A DNA stretch of 64,000 nt from Actinomycetota bacterium (GTDB taxonomy: Bacteria > Actinomycetota > Acidimicrobiia > Spongiisociales > ZC4RG35). How positions within the stretch are numbered: the first letter of the stretch is position 1; each line of letters starts with the position of its first letter. Below the pieces are notes generated by a model, which saw only the letters and a program-made list of their open reading frames with translations, made no database searches and had not been told where the DNA came from. The position numbers and the translations under genes are program-made. Shown piece after piece: positions 53,497 through 63,009 of this stretch. Location of the stretch: contig JAYEGJ010000001.1 of NCBI GenBank assembly GCA_034658975.1, positions 1,991 to 65,990 of the forward strand. Reading direction: 5' to 3'.

Positions 53497-54564
53497 TTAC
53501 CCGGCGCCGAGGGTGCGCTCGAGGCGCCGCGCTGCCAGGACGACGATTGGGGCGATGGCGGCGATGATCACGCCGCCGATGGCGAGGTTGGCTGCGACAT
53601 CCCCGAAGGAAGCGCCCTCGGAGACGACTCTGAACGCCGGGTCCATGAAGTAGTAGGTCGGTCCGAACCGGGCGATCCACTGGGGGAGGTTGGGCCAGAT
53701 GTAGAAAACGGCAGGGAAGAAGAGGAGCATCCCCCCGCCCTTCCATGCAGCGAACATCGTGCTCGCGTCCTTGGCCCACATGCCGAGGAGGAGACCGAAC
53801 TCGGCCATCATCATCGCCGCGACGAGGAGGATCACCAGGTGGGTAACCGCCTGGCCGAGTACGGCATCATTGAGAATGAGGGTGGCGAAACCCGTTATCA
53901 AGGCAAGAAGGACCCCAAACGTGCCCTTGGCGCCCACAACGTCGGCCATCGAGGCCGGTGAGACCAAAAGGGCGGAGAGAGTCCTGTCCTCTTTCTCCTG
54001 GACCAGGCTTGCCGCCGGGATGAACGCAGCAGCCACTGCGACCACCATCATCATCAGCATTGGCAGGAGCCTCAGGTCGATGTCGACGCCGGACTCGCCC
54101 AGTTGGATGACGACCACGTCAACTGGTGGCTCTCCCCCCTCGAGCCCTCGGATCAGCTGGAGTGCTGTGATTCCGAGGATGATTCGGTTGGAGGCCAGGC
54201 TTTCGCCACCGACGAAGAATGAGAGTGGCGGCTGGTTCCCGGCGATCACCTCGTCGTCGAACCCGGCAGGCAGGTAGAGGCCGGCATCGGCATCGTTGGC
54301 TTCCACGATCGCCATCATCTCGTCGAGGTTGTCGGCGAACGTGACAGTGATCCCTTCCAGCCCGGCGGCTGCCTCCAGGGAGATCTCCGAGCTCCCTTCG
54401 TCGGCTATCACCAGCCTCGGCTGGGGAGCGAAGAGGTCGCCGAATACCCCCTGGACCAGGACAGTCAGCAGGACCGGGATGATCAGCGCATAGAGAACGA
54501 ATGGACTCCTGGGGCTGAGACGGATGTCTCGCCCGAGGATCGTGGCGGCGTGTCTCGTGCTCAC
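53497..54564 (-). CDS. ABC-2 type transporter permease (second permease).
   Basis: Six TM ABC-2 topology. GTG start overlapping the upstream permease stop (GTGA). Confidence 0.7.
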   Translation of the reverse strand: MSTRHAATILGRDIRLSPRSPFVLYALIIPVLLTVLVQGVFGDLFAPQPRLVIADEGSSEISLEAAAGLEGITVTFADNLDEMMAIVEANDADAGLYLPAGFDDEVIAGNQPPLSFFVGGESLASNRIILGITALQLIRGLEGGEPPVDVVVIQLGESGVDIDLRLLPMLMMMVVAVAAAFIPAASLVQEKEDRTLSALLVSPASMADVVGAKGTFGVLLALITGFATLILNDAVLGQAVTHLVILLVAAMMMAEFGLLLGMWAKDASTMFAAWKGGGMLLFFPAVFYIWPNLPQWIARFGPTYYFMDPAFRVVSEGASFGDVAANLAIGGVIIAAIAPIVVLAARRLERTLGAG

Positions 54565-55670
54565 AAGGTCTGCACCCTTCGTCCCAACACGGCCCAGCCG
54601 AGCCCGAGCGCACCGAATCCCCACAGGGCGAGCAAGCCAAGAAGTGGGGCCATCTCGACCCACCCAGCCCCATACGCAGTGACGTCGACCAGGACCTGGG
54701 CCAGGGGCCAGGAGGGAAGAACCTTGATCCAAGGTGCCGTGCTTCCAGGGAAGAGAAGTGCCATCGCCGGGATCAAAAGCGGGATGAGAAACAGCATGCT
54801 CCAGAAGATGATGCTGATGAAGTCCTTGCCGATCGAGCCGGCCAGCAAACCGAACCCCGTGACGAGAATCGACCCCAGGAACACCGCAGTTGCCAGGATG
54901 GCCGCGCCGGTGCCGAATCCCCCGATGGCGACGAGCAGAAGGACAACCTGGATGAAGGCGAGGGCCGTGCCAAAGATGGCCTTGGCTGTGAGAAAGTCAG
55001 AGACTCGAGCCGGTGTCACGGTGATCGCCTTGACGGTCTTGGTCTGGATCTCGGAGGCGATCAATCCGGCCAGGGCCATCATCTCGACCATCAAGATCAT
55101 GAAGGCGAGCATCGGCCTGAACTTCTCCTGAAGCGAGACCTGGTCGCCCGCGCGATCCTCACCCAGGATGATCTCTTCGGTGGCGAAGCCCGACACCGGT
55201 GGAGGCACGCCGAGCACCGAATAGGCGATCTCTGCAGCGATTCCCTCCATGGCGCCCTCGAGAGATACCGGCACACCGGGCCCGATGTAGACCTGGATCG
55301 TGGGATTGCTGAGGTCCGGGTCGAGGGCCATGCCGACCACAACCTCATCCCCTTGCTCAACGGCAGCGGTGAGGTCTTCGATGTTGTCGTATTCGACGAT
55401 CGTCAGGCCCTCGCTCCCGTTCCCTCCGGTGGGAGCGTTGAAATCGAAGCTCTGGCCAGTGACCACACCCATGGAGAAGCTCTCATCGACCTCCGACGGA
55501 AGGAACCAGAAGAGGCCGACGTAGAAGACCAGGCCGAGGATGCTCATGAAGAGCCAGAATCGATCCCGCGAGAATTCCTTGAGATCCTTTGCCATGATCG
55601 CTCCGACGATGGCCGGCCGGCTCGTCGGGGGGTTCGAGGGGGGTCGTTCCCCCTCAGGGTCGTTGCTCAC
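54561..55670 (-). CDS. ABC-2 type transporter permease (first permease).
   Basis: Hydrophobic polytopic protein. GTG start overlapping the ATPase stop. Conserved MAKDLKEFSRDRFWLF N-terminus. Confidence 0.65.
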   Translation of the reverse strand: MSNDPEGERPPSNPPTSRPAIVGAIMAKDLKEFSRDRFWLFMSILGLVFYVGLFWFLPSEVDESFSMGVVTGQSFDFNAPTGGNGSEGLTIVEYDNIEDLTAAVEQGDEVVVGMALDPDLSNPTIQVYIGPGVPVSLEGAMEGIAAEIAYSVLGVPPPVSGFATEEIILGEDRAGDQVSLQEKFRPMLAFMILMVEMMALAGLIASEIQTKTVKAITVTPARVSDFLTAKAIFGTALAFIQVVLLLVAIGGFGTGAAILATAVFLGSILVTGFGLLAGSIGKDFISIIFWSMLFLIPLLIPAMALLFPGSTAPWIKVLPSWPLAQVLVDVTAYGAGWVEMAPLLGLLALWGFGALGLGWAVLGRRVQTL

Positions 55671-56521
55671 TCGAGCCCTCGTCCGGCCATCTGAATGAAG
55701 ATGTCCTCGAGAGTCGCCTCTTCGGTGTGAATCGTCATCACCTCGTCGGTGAGCAGGCTCCGGAGTCTTTCGCCCGCCCCCTCCTCGTCCATGGGGATCA
55801 CCACCTCGTCGACTTCCCCGCCATTGCGACTTCGGACCCGGACATTTCGCTGCCCGTAGGCCAGCTTCAGATTCTCCGGGGTGTCGGTTATCAGGACCCG
55901 TCCCTCGTTGATGAAGGAGACCCGATCCGACATGGTGTCGGCCTCCATCATGTCGTGAGTGGTGAGAAGCACGGCTGCTCCTCGGCTGGCCTCCTCCTTG
56001 ATCACGCTCCGGATCGCCTTGGCAGAGATGGGATCGAGACCGTCGGTCGGCTCGTCGAAGAAGAGCACGTCGGGCCGGTTGGAGATGGTGCGGGCAATCA
56101 TCAGTCGCTGCCGCATTCCCTTGGAGTAGGAGGAAACCCGATCGTCGGCCCGATCGACGAGGTCGACCTTCTCGAGCAACCCTTCGGCATCGAGGCCTTC
56201 GACCCCAAACAACTTGCCGAAGAACTCGAGGTTCTCTCTGCCGGTCATCTTGGTGTAGTGGTTCTTCTCCTCGAAACACACGCCCATGCGCGCCTGGATC
56301 TCCTCGCGATCCGACGACATGTCCATATCGAGCAATCTGATCGAGCCCGAGTCAGGTTTGAGCTGGCCGGTGAGCATCTTGATGGTGGTCGACTTGCCCG
56401 CACCGTTGGGTCCGAGGAAGCCGAGGATTTCTCCTTCTGCGACTTCGAGCGTCACACCATCAACAGCGAGCTTGGAGTCGTAGGAGAAGTGAAGGTCGGA
56501 AGCCTGAATTGAAGCGGTCAC
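55667..56521 (-). CDS. ABC transporter ATP-binding protein (ABC-2 exporter ATPase).
   Basis: Walker A GPNGAGKST, signature YSKGMRQRL, Walker B LFFDEPTDGLD. Confidence 0.9.
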   Translation of the reverse strand: MTASIQASDLHFSYDSKLAVDGVTLEVAEGEILGFLGPNGAGKSTTIKMLTGQLKPDSGSIRLLDMDMSSDREEIQARMGVCFEEKNHYTKMTGRENLEFFGKLFGVEGLDAEGLLEKVDLVDRADDRVSSYSKGMRQRLMIARTISNRPDVLFFDEPTDGLDPISAKAIRSVIKEEASRGAAVLLTTHDMMEADTMSDRVSFINEGRVLITDTPENLKLAYGQRNVRVRSRNGGEVDEVVIPMDEEGAGERLRSLLTDEVMTIHTEEATLEDIFIQMAGRGLE

Positions 56522-56539
56522 CTCTCAAGAGTAACGCTT

Positions 56540-59104
56540 CTACTTGGCCATTCGCTCTCGCCGGGCAGCCAGCAGGTCGGCGGCCCTTTCGATCGTGATC
56601 TTCTCGGGTGTGTCGCCCTTTCGGAGCGAGGCGTTGGCTTCTCCGTCGGTCACGTAAGGGCCGTAGCGACCGGAGCGGACGGTGACTTCCCTGCCGGAGA
56701 CGGGATCCTTGCCCAGCTCCCGAAGTGGACCCGAACGGGACTGCCCGCGGCGTCGCGCCGGTTCGGCGAGGACCTTCAACGCCTCCTCGACAGTGAGGGT
56801 GAATAGCTGGTCTTCGGTCTCCAGGCTGCGTCGGTCGTCGCCGCGTTGGATGTACGGCCCGTAGCGGCCGTTGAGGGCGACGATGTCGATCCCTTCAGGG
56901 TCCTGTCCGACGGTGCGGGGGAGTGACAGGAGCTTGAGGGCGTCGTCAAGGCCGAGGGCGTCCATTTCCATCGTCTTGAAGAGCGAGGCGCGTTTCGGCT
57001 TTTCCTTGCTGCCCTCTTCCTGTTCGCCGAGTTGGATGTAGGGTCCGAAGCGGCCGGTCTTCCCGAACACTGTCAGACCGGAATCCGGGTCGGTCCCGAA
57101 GATCTTGTCACCGGCGTTCTGCGTCTCAATCAGTTCGATTGCCTTCTCGACGGTGATCTCGTCGGGCGCCATGTCGTCGGGTATGGATGCCCGCTCTTCG
57201 GCCCGCTCCACGTAGGGGCCGTACCGACCGATCCTGGCGACGATGTCGTTGCCCTGGTCGTCGGTGCCGACAGGAATCGAGTTGATGGCCCTGGGGTCGA
57301 TCTCGTCGAGGCGGTTTGCGACCTTCTCCTTGAGTCCATCGTCTCCGAAGTAGAAGGCGGTCAGCCAGGGGACCGAGTCTTCTTCCCCGGCGGCGATGCG
57401 GTCGAGGTCGGTTTCCATTGAGGCCGTGAACTCGTAGTCCACGAGTTTGGGGAAGTGGTTCTCGAGCAAGGACACCACCCCAAAGGCCGTAAAGGTCGGG
57501 ACGAGGGCGCTGCCCTTCTTGAAGACGTAGCCACGGTCCTGAATGGTGGACATGATCGAGGCGTAGGTCGAGGGGCGCCCGACGCCGAGTTCCTCGAGTT
57601 TTTGAACCAGGGACGCTTCTGTGTACCGGGCCGGTGGCCGGGTTTCATGGCCGGTGGGCTCGAGTCTCTGAATGGCAAGTCCGTCACCCTCCTCGAGCGG
57701 TGGCAGCATCTTCTCCTTGTCGTCCAGGTCTGCCTCGGGGTCGTCGCTTCCCTGAACGTACGCCCGGAAGTAGCCGGGGAATGTGATGGTCCGACCGGAG
57801 GCTCCGAAGAGTGCGTCTTCTCCCGAAGTCGCGGTAGCCCCGACCCGAACCGAAACGGTCACGCCTTTGGCGTCGGCCATCTGCGATGCGACGGTCCGCT
57901 GCCAGATCAGCCGGTAAAGCGCCGCTTCGTCCGGGCCCACCTCTCTCGCCAACTGCTCGGGAGTCTGGAAGCTCTCGCCGGCCGGCCGGATCGCCTCGTG
58001 GGCCTCCTGGGCCCCCTTGGCCTGCTTGCCGGAGTATTTCCTCGGTTTCGGGGACAGGTACTCCTTGCCGTACAGCTTGGCGATCTGGGACCGGGCCGCG
58101 GAAATGGCCGAGTCGGACAACTCGACCGAGTCGGTCCGCATATACGTGATGTGGCCGTTCTCATAGAGACGCTGCGCCGCCGACATTGTTCTCGATGAGG
58201 AGAAGCGCAGCTTCCTCCCCGCTTCCTGTTGGAGTGTGGACGTTCTGAACGGGGGATAGGGCCTCGAGGTGTAGGGCTTCGACTCGACGGACTTCACATC
58301 AAAGTCGGCTCCGGCGAGTCCTGAAGCCAGGGCGGTGGCAGCGGGTTGGTCGAGCACGACGACATCGTCTTTGGCCTTGCCCGAGCTGTCGAAGTCCTTC
58401 CCGGCTGCGATGCGCTTCCCATCGACTTCCCTGAGGGTGGCCGTGAACGATTGATCGAGGTTGGCAGAAGGAGCAAAGAAGCCTTCGATCCCCCAGTATC
58501 CAGCGTTCTTGAATACGACGCGCTCGCGCTCACGCTCGACGACGACTCTGACCGCCACGCTCTGGACACGCCCGGCCGACAGCTTCGGCTGGATCTTCTT
58601 CCAGAGAACTGGTGACACCTCGAACCCGTAAAGGCGGTCGAGGATCCGTCTCGCCTCCTGGGCCTGAACCAACCGATCATCGATATCGCGGGGGTTCCCG
58701 AATGCGGCTTCGATCGCCGGCTTGGTGATCTCGTGGAAGACCATCCGATGGACTGGAATCTTCGGTTTGAGCACCTCGATGAGATGCCAGGCGATGGCCT
58801 CTCCTTCGCGATCTTCATCGGTGGCGAGGTAGAGCTCGTCAGCATCCTTGATCAGATCCTTGAGCTTCTTGACCTGTTTCTTCCGCTCCTTGGGAACCAC
58901 GTAGAGGGGCTCGAAGTCGGAATCTACGTTGACTCCGAGGCGCGCCCAGTCCTCACCTTTGGCTCGTGCGGGGATCTCGGCGGCCGAGCGCGGAAGGTCG
59001 CGGATATGACCCATCGAAGACTCCACAACGGCGTCAGGGCCGAGGTATGCGGAGATGGTGCGGGCCTTGGTTGGCGACTCGACTATTACAAGTGTCTTGG
59101 GCAT
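56540..59104 (-). CDS. topA: DNA topoisomerase I.
   Basis: TOPRIM N-terminus (LVIVESPTKARTI...GHIRDLP), catalytic Tyr region, and repeated C-terminal Zn-ribbon-like/GRYGPY motifs. 854 aa. Confidence 0.95.
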   Translation of the reverse strand: MPKTLVIVESPTKARTISAYLGPDAVVESSMGHIRDLPRSAAEIPARAKGEDWARLGVNVDSDFEPLYVVPKERKKQVKKLKDLIKDADELYLATDEDREGEAIAWHLIEVLKPKIPVHRMVFHEITKPAIEAAFGNPRDIDDRLVQAQEARRILDRLYGFEVSPVLWKKIQPKLSAGRVQSVAVRVVVERERERVVFKNAGYWGIEGFFAPSANLDQSFTATLREVDGKRIAAGKDFDSSGKAKDDVVVLDQPAATALASGLAGADFDVKSVESKPYTSRPYPPFRTSTLQQEAGRKLRFSSSRTMSAAQRLYENGHITYMRTDSVELSDSAISAARSQIAKLYGKEYLSPKPRKYSGKQAKGAQEAHEAIRPAGESFQTPEQLAREVGPDEAALYRLIWQRTVASQMADAKGVTVSVRVGATATSGEDALFGASGRTITFPGYFRAYVQGSDDPEADLDDKEKMLPPLEEGDGLAIQRLEPTGHETRPPARYTEASLVQKLEELGVGRPSTYASIMSTIQDRGYVFKKGSALVPTFTAFGVVSLLENHFPKLVDYEFTASMETDLDRIAAGEEDSVPWLTAFYFGDDGLKEKVANRLDEIDPRAINSIPVGTDDQGNDIVARIGRYGPYVERAEERASIPDDMAPDEITVEKAIELIETQNAGDKIFGTDPDSGLTVFGKTGRFGPYIQLGEQEEGSKEKPKRASLFKTMEMDALGLDDALKLLSLPRTVGQDPEGIDIVALNGRYGPYIQRGDDRRSLETEDQLFTLTVEEALKVLAEPARRRGQSRSGPLRELGKDPVSGREVTVRSGRYGPYVTDGEANASLRKGDTPEKITIERAADLLAARRERMAK

Positions 59105-59173
59105 TGAGGGTGAGTTGACCGTATCTGGAGAGGTTATGTCAATCTTGATAATGCGTCACCGTCGCTGGTTACC

Positions 59174-59770
59174 GTGGCGTTTGTGAAGAGGTATATCGCC
59201 CTCGAAGGTGGCGACGGGAGTGGAAAGAGCACCGTAGCGGAGGCCCTTGCCGAGCTTCTCGAAGGTCTCGGACACGAGGTGATCGTGGTTCGAGAGCCGG
59301 GAGGAACACCCCTCGGGGAGGCCATCCGCCTCTTGCTGCTCGACTCGGATCGGCTCGACGATTGGGCCGAAGTCTTTTTGTTTGCCGCTCAGCGTGCGGA
59401 ACTGACCAGCGAGGTGATCCGACCGGCGCTCGACGCAGGCAAGTGGGTAATCAGCGACCGGACGTACTACTCGTCGATCGCCTACCAGGGGCGGGGCAGG
59501 GGTCTTGGAGAAGACAGGATTCGCGACATCAACGAAGCCGGCCTCGGCGGTGTGGTCCCTGACCACGTCTTCGTTCTCGACGTCGACCCGGCAACGGCGT
59601 TGGCGAGACAGCACGACCCCGATCGCATCGGAAAGCAGGGTGTCGATTTCCAGGAGAGAGTGCGAGCGTCCTATCTGGCCCTTGGTGAGACCGACGACAA
59701 GGTGGTCGTGTTGGACGGCTCTCGGTCTGTCGGAGAACTGGCGGCGACGATCGTGGAGACCGTGACGTGA
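59174..59770 (+). CDS. tmk: Thymidylate kinase.
   Basis: P-loop LEGGDGSGKST, TREPGGTPLGE, and the DRY-like lid region. Confidence 0.85.
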   Translation: MAFVKRYIALEGGDGSGKSTVAEALAELLEGLGHEVIVVREPGGTPLGEAIRLLLLDSDRLDDWAEVFLFAAQRAELTSEVIRPALDAGKWVISDRTYYSSIAYQGRGRGLGEDRIRDINEAGLGGVVPDHVFVLDVDPATALARQHDPDRIGKQGVDFQERVRASYLALGETDDKVVVLDGSRSVGELAATIVETVT

Positions 59771-60789
59771 ACGCGTTGTTCGACGACGTCATCGGACACC
59801 TGAAGGTCGTCGAGCTTCTCGAGGCAGAGCTGGCCAAACCGGGCCAGGCCTATTTGTTCGCCGGCCCCCAGTCGGTTGGCAAGGGACACGTCGCCCTCCG
59901 TTTTGCCGCCGGCCTCCTGGGCGGGAAGGACGACGATCGGGCGCTACGCCTTGCTCTGGCCCGGAACCACCCCGATCTGACTGTCCTCGAGCCGGAAGGT
60001 GCGACCAGCCTCGGAGTCGACCAGGCACGCGAGGTGGTGGCGCGGGCCTCGATGGCGCCGATAGAGGCGGCCCGCTCGGTGTTTCTCTTCCCCGACGCCG
60101 GGTCCATGACAGAGTCCGCGGCGAACGCCCTGCTCAAGACATTGGAGGAACCGACCGCGTCGGTCTCCTTCCTTCTCGTGGCGGAATCCGAGGACGACTT
60201 TCCGCCGACCGTGGCTTCTCGGTGCCGCACGATTCACATGGGGAGGGTGCCCCTTCCCGAGATCGTGGCCGCCCTGGTGAGCAGGGGAGTCGACGAGGAG
60301 CAGGCGAAGGGTGTTGCCGTCGTGTCCGGCGGGCGCCCCGGCCTGGCCTTGGCTCTCATGACCCGCCCCGAGGTGGCGGCCTTTCGAGAGATGTGGCTAT
60401 CGGTTCCCGGCCGGGTCACCGCTCACCCCGGAGACGCTCAGCGGTTGGCGTCGGTGGTCCTCACCGAGATGGCTCCATTGGTTGAGGATTCGGTTCCATC
60501 CGAACTTCCGAAGGACAAGGCACAGAGGGCGCGTCGCAGGGTCGAGATGTCGCTCTTGGTCAGCGGTCTCGAGATCCTGGCCTCCTGGTACAGCGACTCG
60601 GCGTCGCTTCAGATGGGCGGGCCGGTTCGCAACAGCGATCTCGAGCTGGGCCCGTTCACCGACGTCGCCCCTCGAAAGGCTGTCGGATCGGCGGAGGAGG
60701 TCCTGGATGCGGTTGTCGACATCCAGGCCAATCTCAGACGAGAGCTGGTTCTGACCAATCTGTTCGCCTCGCTCGGGTCGGGCTCGTAG
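59767..60789 (+). CDS. holB: DNA polymerase III delta' subunit.
   Basis: AAA+ clamp-loader motifs (AYLFAGPQSVGKG...) and the conserved gene order after tmk. Sensor region SRCRTIHM. Confidence 0.8.
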   Translation: MNALFDDVIGHLKVVELLEAELAKPGQAYLFAGPQSVGKGHVALRFAAGLLGGKDDDRALRLALARNHPDLTVLEPEGATSLGVDQAREVVARASMAPIEAARSVFLFPDAGSMTESAANALLKTLEEPTASVSFLLVAESEDDFPPTVASRCRTIHMGRVPLPEIVAALVSRGVDEEQAKGVAVVSGGRPGLALALMTRPEVAAFREMWLSVPGRVTAHPGDAQRLASVVLTEMAPLVEDSVPSELPKDKAQRARRRVEMSLLVSGLEILASWYSDSASLQMGGPVRNSDLELGPFTDVAPRKAVGSAEEVLDAVVDIQANLRRELVLTNLFASLGSGS

Positions 60790-60835
60790 GCGATGCCTCC
60801 CTATTTCGGGAGGTTCCTAAAACTGAGGGTCGACC

Positions 60836-61225
60836 ATGTATCGACGTTCCGGTCTCATAGTTCTCGTTCTCGGTGCTCTTGTCACCTATGTCCTGGTCTT
60901 CACCCCGTTTGACCAGGAGGTCCGGCGTTACACGCGTAACGATGACGGTGATCGTGTGCGCGCGACCGTGGTGTGTCCCGACTCGTGGGGCATGTTGTAC
61001 GGAGAAGATGAGGCGGATGTCCGCTACTGCTCCGACGCCGAATACTGCCTGAAGGGCTCGCGTCTTCGAGTCACTTCCGGCGTGGTGCTCATGGCTGTAG
61101 CACTTACGCCGGCCATCATGGGCTTGTGGCGCGGGCCACACCCCGAACTGATCCATCTCGGACCGCTATCGGAGATCTTCGAGCAACCGAGGCGACCCGG
61201 GAGCCGACACGGCCCGTCCGGATAA
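60836..61225 (+). CDS. Hypothetical two-TM membrane protein.
   Basis: ORF with hydrophobic segments only. Confidence 0.35.
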   Translation: MYRRSGLIVLVLGALVTYVLVFTPFDQEVRRYTRNDDGDRVRATVVCPDSWGMLYGEDEADVRYCSDAEYCLKGSRLRVTSGVVLMAVALTPAIMGLWRGPHPELIHLGPLSEIFEQPRRPGSRHGPSG

Positions 61226-61427
61226 TCCGTCTGATTTGTGGGTAAGAGAGCCAGTCGAGGTGAAGTCTGAGACCTCGCGATCCGCAGTTGCGCCGACCAG
61301 GGAAGTCGGTGCATTTGAAGGCGCACAATGCCGATCATGGGCGGGCTTTTGGCCCTAGCCCTGTGGTGTCGAAGCAGGTACGACTGACCTGAGTTGTATG
61401 TCCGGTTTCTATACAAGGAGGCGCTAG

Positions 61428-62234
61428 GTGAGCGCAGAAAAGCTCGACACACGTTTCGGGGTGCTGGAGTCCGAAGGCGGCTACCCAACGGACGAAGCTG
61501 CCGAGGTTTCTCCGATGTCGATTCCACGACTGATCCTCCTGCATCTTGCTCCGGGGGCGCTGGCGACGATCCTGTTCGTGTTTATCGCTCAGCCGTTGGA
61601 GGCCGCTGGGTATCCGCCGGTGTTGGCGTTCTTCATTGCTGTACTGGCGGTCATAATCCCATGGGAGTTCGGGTTCGTACTGTGGGCAGGGCGGCGTGCC
61701 GGAGGGGGCTGGTTCGCAGCGGTCGGTTTCCGTGAACCGCTTTCCACCCGTGAATGGGTGACCGTGTTCCCGGCTGTGTTCGCGGTCTCTTTGGTCGGGT
61801 TCCTGACCTTGTCGCTGCTCGACCCCACCATCCTCGACGCGGTGTTCGGTTGGCTGCCCCCCTGGTTCGTCGAGCTTGTCCCGCTCGACAATGTGGCGGC
61901 GTACTCCTCGGGCGCCTGGACGGTCACCCTGATCGTCTACGCCGTCATGAACATCTTTGTTGGTCCTGGTGTGGAAGAGCTCTACTTCCGGGGATACCTC
62001 CTGCCCCGCATGTCACAGATGGGAAAATGGGCGCCCTTCGTCAACTCAGCCCTCTTCTCCCTCTACCACTTCTGGAGTCCCTGGAGCCTGCTGACGCGAG
62101 TCGTCGGTGTGACACCCCTCGCCTACGCCGTCTGGTGGAAACGCAACATCTACCTTGGAATGGCTGTGCACATGCTTCTCAATGGCCTCAGCACGACGTT
62201 TCTCATCGTGACGATCGCAGGGAAACTCTCCTAG
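61428..62234 (+). CDS. CPBP family intramembrane glutamic endopeptidase (CAAX protease / Abi).
   Basis: EELYFRGYLLP motif 1 and FSLYHFW motif 2 in a polytopic membrane protein. Confidence 0.8.
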   Translation: MSAEKLDTRFGVLESEGGYPTDEAAEVSPMSIPRLILLHLAPGALATILFVFIAQPLEAAGYPPVLAFFIAVLAVIIPWEFGFVLWAGRRAGGGWFAAVGFREPLSTREWVTVFPAVFAVSLVGFLTLSLLDPTILDAVFGWLPPWFVELVPLDNVAAYSSGAWTVTLIVYAVMNIFVGPGVEELYFRGYLLPRMSQMGKWAPFVNSALFSLYHFWSPWSLLTRVVGVTPLAYAVWWKRNIYLGMAVHMLLNGLSTTFLIVTIAGKLS

Positions 62235-62525
62235 CTGTGTCCAACGCCCCATCTCAGTCCGAAGCAACCAGGTGCAGCCGCACATCTAACAATGCGGGGG
62301 TCCAGCGAGGTGCCGGTGATAACGCCGCAGGGTGCGTCTGTTGGGATGGGGGTATCTGAACCAGGTCGCAGCCCCAGGTCATCTCGACTTCCGGTTCAGC
62401 TCTGAGGAGTTCTTCGATCGGTACCGAACTCGATGAAAGGGGATCTGCCGTGAAGAGAGTATCCGGATCGGGTCGCCGCCTTGCCCGTTGCTTCCAGGTC
62501 TGATGGGAGGGCGTAGGCTCGGCCT

Positions 62526-62966
62526 ATGGCTCACGGCATACAATTTGTCATCGCCTGTGATGATCCAGCCGGGCTGAGTGCCTTCTGGGCAGAGGCTCTC
62601 GACTACGTGGTCCAGCCTCCCCCTGAAGGGTTCGACTCGTGGGACGAGTTCGCCGATACCGTCGGGATTCCCGAGGCCAACCGGAACGACATCTCGGCTG
62701 CGGTCGATCCCGATGGGACAGGACCACGGTTGCTCTTCGAGCGTTGGAACGGAGGAGCGCCGAATCAACGTGTCCACATAGACATCAACGCTGTCGGTCA
62801 GGTTGGCACCGCTTTGGGCAAGGAGGAAAGGACGGCCGGATTGGCGGAGCAGCGGGCACGTCTCGAAGCGCTAGGTGCCACCTTCAAGAGAGAGGCGGCC
62901 GGGATGGCCGGAGAGATCTGGATCGAGATGTACGACCCGGAGGGCAACTGGTTCTGCGTCCAATGA
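62526..62966 (+). CDS. VOC (glyoxalase/bleomycin-resistance) family protein.
   Basis: 146 aa with a VOC beta-alpha-beta-beta-beta pattern (FVIACDDPAGLSAFWAEALDY...). Confidence 0.7.
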   Translation: MAHGIQFVIACDDPAGLSAFWAEALDYVVQPPPEGFDSWDEFADTVGIPEANRNDISAAVDPDGTGPRLLFERWNGGAPNQRVHIDINAVGQVGTALGKEERTAGLAEQRARLEALGATFKREAAGMAGEIWIEMYDPEGNWFCVQ

Positions 62967-63009
62967 GAGCCATCCCATTCGGTCGGCCCTCACCTGGAGG
63001 GGACGAGCC

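Noticed and set aside
61394-61416. TTGTAT-N11-ATACAA inverted repeat just upstream of the CPBP protease RBS, in an unusually long (about 200 bp) intergenic region. Possible operator or leader RNA.
   Set aside because: The inverted repeat is only 6 bp. No recognisable riboswitch motif is present, so it is not strong enough to call.
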